Source: Chiloscyllium plagiosum
Taxonomy: Eukaryota
Direction of reading: 5' to 3'
DNA length: 53,804 nucleotides
Assembly: GCF_004010195.1 (NCBI RefSeq)
Contig: NC_057711.1
Location: forward strand, 70,944,467-70,998,270
Below are positions 25,475 through 35,930 of this stretch, piece after piece (positions within the stretch are counted from its first letter, which is position 1; every line of letters begins with the position of its first letter). The translations under genes and the position numbers were made by a program. Below the pieces are notes generated by a model. It ran no database searches. It was not told where the DNA came from and saw only the letters and a program-made list of their open reading frames with translations.

Positions 25475-25865
25475 CAGAGACTGAGGGGAGATCTTATTGA
25501 GATTCATAAAATCATGGACGGCATGGATAGGGTAAATAGACAAAGTCTTTTCCCTGAGATAGGGGAGTCCAGAACGAGAGGGCATAGGTTTAGGGTGAGA
25601 GGGGAAAGATATAAAAGAGACCTAAGGGGCAACTTTTTCACACACAGGATAGTGCGTGTATGGAATAAACTGCCAGAGGAAATGGTGGAGGCTCGTACAG
25701 TTACAACATTTAAAAGGCATCAGGATGGGTATATGAATAGAAAGAGTTTGGAGGGATATGGGCCGGATGCTGGCAAGTGGAACTAGATTAGGTTGGGAAT
25801 TCTGGTCAGTATGGACGAGTTGGACCGAAGGGTCTGTTTCCGTGCTGTACATCTCTATGACTCTA
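25475..25865 (+). mobile_element. CR1 LINE 3' end
   Basis: SRTRGHRFRVRGERYKRDLRGNFFTHRIVRVWNKLP and tctatgactcta tail. Confidence 0.92.
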
Positions 25866-26109
25866 CTTCTCTCTTTTTGTTTTTCTAATGTCAGAATAGC
25901 ATCATCATTTACATCATTATCATCATTAACACAATTGTTTCCTATTGTACTACTCTGCCCCAACTCTGAAATGCTGTCCCAACGCATGTCCATTTCTCCT
26001 TTCTCTTTTAAGGTTCCTTCTTAAAGCTTTCCTTTTTGACTAAACCTTGACATGATCCAATATATCCTGTGTGACTTGGTGTCATTTTTCTTTCCAAATA
26101 CTTCCTGAG

Positions 26110-26262
26110 TGTGGCCGGATCAAAATTTTGAAATTTCCTCTATAAGAGCATTGTGGGTCTACCTACAGCATGAAGATTGCGACAGTTCAAGAAGGCCATT
26201 CACCACCACATTTTCAAAGGCAACGAATGATGGGCAATAAATGCTGGCCAGCCAGCGATGCA
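26110..26262 (+). mobile_element. Old LINE 3' end, same family as 39898-40410
   Basis: cagttcaagaagg..caccaccac..gatgggcaataaatgctggcc shared with 40305-40385. Confidence 0.7.
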
Positions 26263-27489
26263 CTTCTGTGAAATGCCTTGAGCAATTTTAATACATTAAA
26301 TGCGTCTTAAATATGAGTTGTTTGTGTGTAAAGTTTGAATTTACATTAATGTATTCAAAAATGTGAAAGATTTCAATAAAATAGATTAATGCAACTTTTC
26401 TAAAGGTAGAGAATCTCATCATTTTTTGTTTGAGATTCAACACACTTCCAAATCTCCTACTTGAGGATGAGTTGGAACCCTATGTCAATATCTCCACAAA
26501 TGTCACCTTTAGCTGTAGGTTAGAAAATACGAGTTAAGTTCATGATTTGTCAAGTGTGCCATCCTAAGGCAAGTTCTATCATTTCTATAAACTATTTTGC
26601 CAAGTATGCCCCTAAACAGCATAATTTTTAAACATTCCATCTCAATATATCAAAATTGCTCAGGGATTGAGGTATGAAATTAAATGTCCTAAATTTAATC
26701 AGGTTACTTCTGTATTCATTTTGAAGTCAGAAATTCAGCTGAGACTAGTGCTACATTATTGCCTGTAACTCCATGATGCTTTTAGTATTCACCTATGGCT
26801 GGCCTCATAAAATAATCCAAACAACCTAAACAAATTTATTTCCATATATGCTCCATGTAGAAGCAATTGGCCTTTTTTAAAAAAAATACCCCAAATTGGA
26901 GACCTTTGTGGTGATCTGTGTGTCGACAAGATCTATTGTTGGATTGGCTGATCTTGTTAGCAAATTACACAGAGCTACCTGCTGTTGAGATTGACCACTT
27001 ACCTCCACTTCATGTATAGACTTCACATATAATATTTTAAAAAGCATAAGAGAAGTAGATAGCATTTCATTTGAAGTTGATTTATCCTTTCAACCATTTA
27101 CCTGTGAGTTTCCCAGTTTCCAAGGGGCAGCTGACTTGTGATTTTTAGGCAATTTCGCAATATGAATTAGTTGCTACATTCCATAATAGGACTCTCCCGG
27201 CTGAACAGCTCTCTTGCTCAGTAATGAAGACCCTGATCCCAGTTCATGAACCTCAGATCAGAAGCTGAACATAATAGGGATCATACACGTACATTAGCTC
27301 TGCTTGCTCCAGTGCTCGCCTCATCACATTGTAGCTATTATGATGGATTATTCTATCACACAGTATTCCCTGAAGAATTCATACCGGACAAAACTGCATT
27401 TAACTCATTTATATTTTCAATACATAAAGCAAAAACTTACATTTATATAGTTCCTAACATAACCTTCAGACCTCACAAAATGTCAAAGA

Positions 27490-27750
27490 AGCTCTTTTAA
27501 AATTTAGTTACTATTACAATGCAAAACATATATGTTAACTTTGTACATATGAAGCTTCCACAAAGAGCAATGATACTAATGATCAGATATTGCACCATAA
27601 ATGGTTAAGAGATAAATATTGGCCAGTTGGACTCCTCTGAAAATTGCCTGTGGGAATATTAAATCCATCTGACAGGTGAAATGAATCTATTGACGAATGC
27701 AAAGGTGTTTGCTCTGACAGTGCAGCACTCTTCCAGTACTGTGCATCAGT
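27490..27750 (-). mobile_element. DeuSINE-like remnant
   Basis: gataaatattggcca is the reverse complement of the Deu-domain-like motif at 53157-53172; ctgacagtgcagcactc also present. Confidence 0.55.
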
Positions 27751-27764
27751 AAAATCATCATACA

Positions 27765-28460
27765 ACCACCCACATTACCATACAGGCAGTGAGTTCCAGG
27801 TTCCCATCATGCTCTGGGTGAAAAAATCTCTTCCTTAAACCCCCTCTAAACCTGCTTGCCTTCATGGCCCCCCATAAGGGCTATCTTGCTTCAGAGATGT
27901 AGTTGTGGAATATCAACTTCTGTTGCAGGGGATAGCACTTTGCCCTGTTACCGGAAATGCCCGGAGAGATTGAGGGAATTCAGCATCATGCATTGTTGCC
28001 TCACACTTCTCTCATTTATGCTTAGGGACTGAACATTTGCCAAGCGAATCCAAATTTAAAAGTAAATCCATGACCTCTGGTTATTGGTCCTTCTATCAAG
28101 GGGAAAGGTTTTTCCTCTCTACCCTACCTACGCCTTTCACACACTTTGATCATGTCGCCCCTCAAACTTCTCTGCTCTAAAGAAAACAACTGCAGCCTAT
28201 CTAGTCTCTTTTTGCAGCTCAAATGCTCAAGCCAGCCAATATCCTGGTGAATCTCCTTTACAACTTCTCAAGTGCAATCACATGTTTTTTATTGTGCAGT
28301 GACCAGAACAGAACACAGTACTTCAGCTGTGGCCTAACTAAAGTCTTACTTCATCATAATCTCCCTGTTCTTGTATCCAATGGTCTACTTTAAGTACAAG
28401 AAATAAAGGCAAGTTTCCCATGTGCCTTCAACCACCTTATCCAGCCGTCTCCATGCTGCC
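27765..28460 (-). mobile_element. Old CR1 3' fragment interrupted by a ~190-bp insertion
   Basis: Homology to the other minus-strand CR1 copies (gaccagaac..acagtac..ggcctaac); foreign segment at about 27865-28050. Confidence 0.7.
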
Positions 28461-28499
28461 TTCTTTGTATGTGCAGCAGGCCCAGCAGCTTCCACTACT

Positions 28500-28664
28500 G
28501 AAATAAAACAAAGAGCTGCAAATCTGAAACAAAAATAGAAATTGCTGGAGAAATTCAGCAGGTCTGGCAACTTCTGTGGGAGAAAGCAGAGTTTAATGTT
28601 TCCAGTCAAGTGACCCATCTGAACTGTCAAAGATGCCAGACCTGCTGGATGTCTCCAGCAATTT
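28500..28664. mobile_element. Old PLE family C fold-back fragment
   Basis: 28539-28572 is inverted at 28630-28664, around a decayed hammerhead near 28593-28623. Confidence 0.7.
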
Positions 28665-29207
28665 ACATTTTAACTTCTGTGACTAAGTTTAGCTGCTTCA
28701 TGGGGCTGCTGGAGTTCCCAGCAAATCAGATTGGCCAGCAGCTATCACTGTCAAGGCTGTGCCTTCTTTCTGCTGAGAGATGGAGGTCCATCTCCTGGAA
28801 GTCTACCTGGAAGTCGTTGCTAGCTGCAGGATGTTTCCTAAGGTCGGACACTTTGCAATTGACTTTTTTATTGGGGGTGGGGGGGGGAGGCGGTACAGTA
28901 AACAACTCCCAGTAGAATTCACTTCACTACAATGTTTTTGATTTCTTGGCCCCATGTCCGCATTTTGTGCATTTAATCATTAATGTTAGTCTGAAATCTC
29001 ACAGGTGAGGACATGGCCTGTGGGAGATCTGTACTGAAGTAAACGGCTCAAAACTCAGTTGCTGAAAGGCTTGAAGGTGGAGTTATGTCAGTTCATTGTG
29101 AAGATACATAGCCGCCATTCAAACAGTCTCAGGAATTGGTTAAGGACCTGGAACAAAAAAAAAGCCTGTCCACTTTTAAGTCTTAAAAAAAAACACAAGC
29201 ACTGTGG

Positions 29208-29322
29208 ACAGTTGGAAATCAGAAACAAAAACAGAAATTTTTAGAAATGCTCAACAGGTCTGGCAGCATCTGTGGCAGGAAATCAGTGTTGACATTTCTG
29301 GTCCAGTAGCCTGTCCGCAGGA
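29208..29322 (-). mobile_element. Old PLE family C terminal fragment
   Basis: ctcaacaggtctggcagcatctgtgg..gttgacatttctggtccagtagcc, homologous to 8911-9004 and 10133-10234. Confidence 0.6.
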
Positions 29323-32300
29323 CTTTTTAGTCTTTCCTGGTTTTGCTGCCTGGTCCTCTTGGATCTTCTGATAGGCTACTGACAAGTTCTTCTGGGTGCT
29401 CCTGCATTTTAACACCAGCTGACAAACCTCTACAAGGATGTGATTGAAGCTCCTGTTTCAGCCACCTTGTTTCAGCAATGTCGTTGTGGAATATCTACAA
29501 CTGTTGCAGGGGATAGCACTTCACCCTGTCACCAGGAATTGCACAGGGAGATTGAGGAAAATAAACATCGTGCATTGTTGCTTCTCATTCCTCCTCTATG
29601 GTTAGGAATTGAATAATTGTCAAACATACAGGCACGTGGAACTTAACTACTTGGTTATCAAGTGGCTCACTAGATCATCATTACAACTCATTTGGCACAT
29701 CATTACAAAACACAAAGTACTGATCTGCAGCATTTCAGCTTCTAATGTTTGCATTCCTGCAATGAGAAATTACAGGCTTCACAGATTGCCTTCTCTACTT
29801 TGGGTGCTCAGATTTGGCACTAATCCTAGTCAAACATCAAAGCAAAATGCATGTGGTGTTTGTTTATCAATTAATAATCCGGAGTCACATGATTTGTACC
29901 TTTGTTGTTCAATTGGTCTGTAATGGCAGCAATGTACTTTTACAGACTCCAGGCATGTAATCTTGACATTGTTATAATCTGCAGGAAATTTATTCAAAGA
30001 GAAATAGGTACAGCTTCAGATACTACTTATCAAACAGAATAACAGTTTTCATTTTTGAACCTCAAGGAAATGTGAGCAATTCATGTGCCAAGGTTCACAG
30101 TCACTAAAATCATGCCTTTATTCCTTTGAAGATTCAAATCCTCAGTTATGTGAAGGAATTGTTTTTATCAGTTCCTGCCAATATCTATCAGCAGCTGATG
30201 CTTTGTGCCAAAGAGAATAGACCAAGAAGAAGATGACAGTCCATTTGACACAAAGATCTGAAGATAAGCAGTTAGCCTGAATGCATTAAAATTGGCTGAG
30301 GATTCAGAGTATCCCATCAGGAAATTAATGTTACACTTCAATGCGAGTCAGCTTGATCACTTGGGATTTTAAACAAATAGCACAAGGATTTTCAAATGAA
30401 GAAAATCCAGGTTTTTCCCCTGTATTTATAGCACTCTAATTACTGCTCTCTGCTAATTATCATATCAGATCTACTATGTATGCAGGGTGTAGTGTGAATT
30501 GGAAAAGACTCTTCAAAATCACACAATATCAGCTGAACCTGTAATGCTAATGCTTTTGGACTGTGCTGATTCAAGGCGAGCTCATCTATTTCACTGACTG
30601 ACTCATGTTTTTTTCTATACAGCAGCAGCACTCTGCTCCATCACCCAGCCATTCAATTTTCTAGCTGACAAATATTCAGGATGAATTTATTCCTGCTTGC
30701 CAAGCAATAGAGAATAAACATTTCATGCATACAGAAGTGCGGACGATGTTTCAGTGTTGAAAAGTGCTGCTTTGCGTAGCCTTTTATGAGAATGACCTTT
30801 GGATGACAGATGTGCACAGTATGTTGATTGCTGAAAATCAATCGTTCCCCCCTCCCCATGCCCCCACTAGTTGCCAAACAGACCGATGATCAGGGATGTG
30901 CTGCTTTATACAAGTATTCTAGTTATATGGATTGGATATAGCGCCAACCACTGTAACAGTGTGTTTTGAAGCCGAAAACAATTAATGCAATCTTCACCTC
31001 AGCTCAATGGAGTTTTTTTTTAGAATGCTGGGTGAGTGAAATGCAATGAAGCAAAGCCCCACAATTTCCAGGGCGCAGGGAATATCCCCCACCTAATATC
31101 TCAAATATATATAATGAAGCTTGCTCTGTGGAACAGTTTAGGTCTCTGTCTTCCTTGCACAGCCCCTAGGACTTGTGCAAAATCTGTACAAGGATTTTTA
31201 TTTTCTCCTTCACTCTGCTAGTCTCTGCTTTTAACTTGATGTGCTACCAAGTGCCATTTTGTTCTTGTTTAAACTTCTATTTTTAATTTCCTCTCTATTC
31301 ATATTTCTTGCCCTGTCATGTCAAAAGCATGATAATTATCAAATGCATGACGAGGGGAGTGCACCCACTTATGTGAATAAGGTTGGTTACTGGGATTTTC
31401 ATTGGATTCTAGCACCTATTATGAAATCAAACTGACAAATACCAAAATCGGGAGTATAGTTTGAGCATGTGTAAAGAGATTGGACTTTGCTACATAACAT
31501 TCATGGCACAAGTTTACAATATTTTTTTTTTAAATTTGTGTGGGTTGATATTAGGAAGCGAAGTACCTTATTTATGGAGTGTCTTTCAAAAACTCAGAAG
31601 TTCATAAATGGTTCACAACCAAATAAGCATTTTTGAAGAGTCATTACTATTTTAATGTAGGATGATATGATCTGTCACGAAAAATAAGTTAAGAGAGTTT
31701 TAACCCCATTAGACAAAAAAAGACTATATAAAGCCCAGGATTTCATAATGCATGAGTACCAACATTTTGGAATTGTTTTCCAAATTCATCAGAAAATCAT
31801 GGTGCAATAGACATTGATATTAAAACTAATGGAGAATGAATAATCACAACAATCCTTTCTGGTGCAGAATATATGTTAAACTGTGTTTTTGGACAATTGG
31901 TGTGACTAAACCACAAACACTAAGTTGCCAATGAATTTTTAAACACATGGCATTCTTTGAATCAGGTTTTTAAAAACTTAAATCAATCTATAAGGGATTT
32001 TTAATACAGTGGCCCAATAACTTGATGTGGTTGGGTGAAAATGTTTGATATTAAAATGTTATTTTATTGCTCGAGGCTATGCTTCTCCAAGTGACTTACT
32101 CCCTGAAATTTTCTATGCAACCAAGAGGTATAGATTTTAATAATTTTTAACCATTCAGAAACAAATGTTTGAAATGGAAATTGTATTTGAAGTACCATTG
32201 CTTTAAAATGTCTATTTTGAACTAAATGAGTGTGAGTATAACATATCCTTCTTGCATGACTGTAGAATTATAAAAAGACCATTTGTATCAATAAGCCAAA

Positions 32301-32509
32301 AAGCTTTGTCCTTGCATCATTTTTCATTAGGAAAATAGGAAGGATGCTGAACCGTTCTGATGGGAGGTTGAACAGTCTTGCAGAAATGCTTCTCAGTCTC
32401 CCCATGGATTACTCATTGTTTTAATGCATGAATGTTAGTAATAGTATCTGGCCTTTAACCATGAAGCTTCAGTGTTGTGGTTCTGTTCGCCGAGCTGGAA
32501 GTTTTTGTT

Positions 32510-32549
32510 GCAAACGTTTCGTCCCCTGGCTAGGCGACATCATCAGTGC
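32510..32549 (-). ncRNA. Minimal hammerhead ribozyme, intact core
   Basis: Exact reverse complement of 34240-34279. Confidence 0.85.
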
Positions 32550-32942
32550 TTGGGAGCCTCCTGCGAAGCGCTTCTTTGATGTTTCCTCCGGCGTTTATAG
32601 TGGTCTGTCCCTGCCGCTTCCGGTTGACGCACGCAGACAACAAGAACATGAATTCGACTGGGACAACACTAATTCATGTTGCTTGTTGTCTGCGTGTGTG
32701 GCTACTAAGGATAGCTGGTCGTGTCGTTTCGTGGTATACAGGAAAGCCACACACACATGAATCTAATCCATAGAATCTGGGGGTGTTGTCGCTAAGAAAC
32801 GATAAGAACATAATCATACTACCAGCAGATAAAGGCAGAATGACGGTCATCCTAGATAAATCTGATTACATCCAAAAAGCACAACAACTACTTGCAGATA
32901 TCAACACCTACCAAATGAGGGAGTTTGACCCCACCCCACAGC

Positions 32943-33873
32943 NNNNNNNNNNNNNNNNNNNNNNNNNNNNNNNNNNNNNNNNNNNNNNNNNNNNNNNNNN
33001 NNNNNNNNNNNNNNNNNNNNNNNNNNNNNNNNNNNNNNNNNNNNNNNNNNNNNNNNNNNNNNNNNNNNNNNNNNNNNNNNNNNNNNNNNNNNNNNNNNNN
33101 NNNNNNNNNNNNNNNNNNNNNNNNNNNNNNNNNNNNNNNNNNNNNNNNNNNNNNNNNNNNNNNNNNNNNNNNNNNNNNNNNNNNNNNNNNNNNNNNNNNN
33201 NNNNNNNNNNNNNNNNNNNNNNNNNNNNNNNNNNNNNNNNNNNNNNNNNNNNNNNNNNNNNNNNNNNNNNNNNNNNNNNNNNNNNNNNNNNNNNNNNNNN
33301 NNNNNNNNNNNNNNNNNNNNNNNNNNNNNNNNNNNNNNNNNNNNNNNNNNNNNNNNNNNNNNNNNNNNNNNNNNNNNNNNNNNNNNNNNNNNNNNNNNNN
33401 NNNNNNNNNNNNNNNNNNNNNNNNNNNNNNNNNNNNNNNNNNNNNNNNNNNNNNNNNNNNNNNNNNNNNNNNNNNNNNNNNNNNNNNNNNNNNNNNNNNN
33501 NNNNNNNNNNNNNNNNNNNNNNNNNNNNNNNNNNNNNNNNNNNNNNNNNNNNNNNNNNNNNNNNNNNNNNNNNNNNNNNNNNNNNNNNNNNNNNNNNNNN
33601 NNNNNNNNNNNNNNNNNNNNNNNNNNNNNNNNNNNNNNNNNNNNNNNNNNNNNNNNNNNNNNNNNNNNNNNNNNNNNNNNNNNNNNNNNNNNNNNNNNNN
33701 NNNNNNNNNNNNNNNNNNNNNNNNNNNNNNNNNNNNNNNNNNNNNNNNNNNNNNNNNNNNNNNNNNNNNNNNNNNNNNNNNNNNNNNNNNNNNNNNNNNN
33801 NNNNNNNNNNNNNNNNNNNNNNNNNNNNNNNNNNNNNNNNNNNNNNNNNNNNNNNNNNNNNNNNNNNNNNNNN
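32943..33873. other. Assembly gap
   Basis: Run of N inside the PLE RT region. Confidence 0.99.
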
Positions 33874-34239
33874 TACCATGCAAGGACTGCACTAAACACT
33901 ATATAGGACAAACAGGAAGACAGCTAACAATCCACATACATGAACATCAACTAGCCACGAAACGACACGACCAGCTATCCTTAGTAGCTACACACGTAGA
34001 CAACAGACAACATGAATGGGACAACACTACTATCATAGGGTAAGCCAGACAGAGAACAGCCAGGGAATTCCTAGAGGCATGGCATTCATCCACAAACTCC
34101 ATCAACAAACACATCGACCTGGACCCAATATACCAACCACTACAGCGGACAGCTGAAACTGACAACCGGAAGCGGCAGGGACAGACCACTATAAACACCG
34201 GAGGAAACATCAAAGAAGCGCTTCGCAGGAGGCTCCCAA

Positions 34240-34279
34240 GCACTGATGATGTCGCCTAGCCAGGGGACGAAACGTTTGC
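34240..34279 (+). ncRNA. Minimal hammerhead ribozyme, intact core
   Basis: GCA-CTGATGA-t-GTCgCCT-agcc-AGGgGAC-GAAAC-GTT-TGC: stem I GCA/TGC, stem II 6 bp with one mismatch, palindromic ACGT stem III, GUU cleavage triplet. Confidence 0.85.
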
Positions 34280-34631
34280 AACAAAAACTTCCAGCTTGGC
34301 GAACAGAACCACAACAACAAGCACCCGAGCTACAAATCTTCGCACAAACTGAATGAAGCTTCAGTCTTTGACGAGGTCCCCTCATTTTGTATGTGATTGG
34401 CTGATCTCTGGAAAATGAGACTTCAAAGTCCTTTCTCTTACAATCATGATCATCAGTAGTTCTTTTTCCTGTCTGGACTTTACAAATCCAAACATGTCAA
34501 TTTGAAGTTATGAAAAGAAGCCTACTTTTATAACAGAATCGGGAGACATAACAGAGGTTCACAAAGGAATTGCACCAAAAAGCAAGAGTTCAGAAGCAAA
34601 ACAATTTATTCTAACTGATGACAGTTCTAGT

Positions 34632-35115
34632 CACCCTGCTATGGGAAGGATATTATTAAATTGCACAAAGTTCAGAAAAGATTTACAAAGATGTTGCTGG
34701 GACTGGAGGGTTTGAGTTGGAAGGAGAGGTTTGATAGACCGGCATTTTTTTCATGAAGCATAGGAGATTGAGGAGTGACCTTACAGAGACTTATAAATCA
34801 AGAGGGGCATAGATAATGTTAATACCAAAGAATGTTTCCCTCGGGTAGGGCAGTTCAAAACATACTTCTAAGGTGAGAGGAGAAAGAATTAAAAGAGCCC
34901 TTAAAATAAGGCGCAACCTTTTCAGACAGAGGGTAGTTCATGGTTGGAATGAACTGCCATTCGAAGTGGTAGATGTGGGTACAGTTACAACATTAAAAAG
35001 ACAGGTACATGAATAAGACAGGCTTAGAGGGATATGGGCCAAGTGCAGGCAAATGGTTGACATGGATGAGTCATACAGGTTGGGTCTGTTCCCTTCCTGT
35101 ATGACTCTGACTCTA
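34632..35115 (+). mobile_element. Old CR1 3' fragment
   Basis: gttcagaaaagatttacaaagatgttg..aaggtgagaggagaaag..tggaatgaactgcca..tatgactctgactct. Confidence 0.85.
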
Positions 35116-35567
35116 GTGGTAAAACTGATTGAGGCAAATCCACTCCAGTAATCTATCTGCCAGATTTTCACAGCTGTACACTCATTATTAGATCAAAACA
35201 TTCCACTGATATTCAGAATTTGGTCATAAAGCTTTCTACCATTATTTTGACAATCTAAAAGAACAGTAGGTGCTGTGAATTCCTTCATTTTGCAGATTGT
35301 CCTTGAGTTTGTACAATACGATTGGAGATGCGTATTTGCTGACTTTATATTGAGCACAACTGTGTGAAAGGAGCAAAGGCTATTTTTTGGAAAAAAAAGT
35401 GCATTTCAGTTAATTTAGACCAGAGATAGTTTGCATTTAATTTGATTGGAGTCCAAGTAATTTGTAGCATGTCATAAAATCTTAGAGGAAGGGTAGAGAG
35501 TTTTCAATCCTGACCTGTCATCCCTTGCAGAGTCGTCAGGCCATCATGGACAGACAGAGCATGAATG

Positions 35568-35930
35568 ACTGTGGCTCAGTTGTAACACTCAAAGTTAGGT
35601 TATGGAATCAAGTCTCAAACTAGAGATTTGTGTGCAAAATCTAAGCTGATATCGATTTGCAGGAAACTTTGAAGCAAGACTCTGTCTCATTTTTCAAGCA
35701 GATGTAAAAGATCCATGACATTATTTCAAAGAAGTGAATTTCTTCCCATGTCCTAGCCAATATTTATCCCTTCACAAACATCACTAAAACAGATTATCAG
35801 GTCATTATCACATACTGTTCATGGGACCTTGCAGTGTATGAATTGCTTCCTGTATTATAACATTTCCAAAGAGTCCCATTGCTGTAAAATATGTCAGGGA
35901 ATCTTGACAGGCATTGTACAAATACAAATT
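35568..35930 (+). mobile_element. DeuSINE-like (SacSINE1/AmnSINE1-related) tRNA SINE
   Basis: tgtggctcagttg head; gatgtaaaagatcc..gtcctagccaatatttatccct..aacatcactaaaacagattatc resembles the Deu domain as recalled. Confidence 0.7.

Larger units (their letters stand above)
32474..34352 (+). mobile_element. Penelope-like element, family D, with inverted 5' pseudo-LTR; spans an assembly gap
   Basis: RT N-terminal IIILPADKGRMTVILDKSDY; GIY-YIG PCKDCTKHYIGQTGRQL..HEH; 32474-32625 is inverted at 34163-34315; TSD atgaagcttcagt at 32461-32473 and 34353-34365. Confidence 0.95.

Noticed and set aside
24793..25585. Long ORFs spanning N runs (also 32783-34043)
   Set aside because: Artefacts of translating assembly gaps; only the flanking residues are informative.
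19246..25865. L1 nested inside a single CR1
   Set aside because: About 70 bp of non-CR1 DNA separates the CR1 fragment from the L1 start, and the gap hides the other junction, so nesting cannot be shown.
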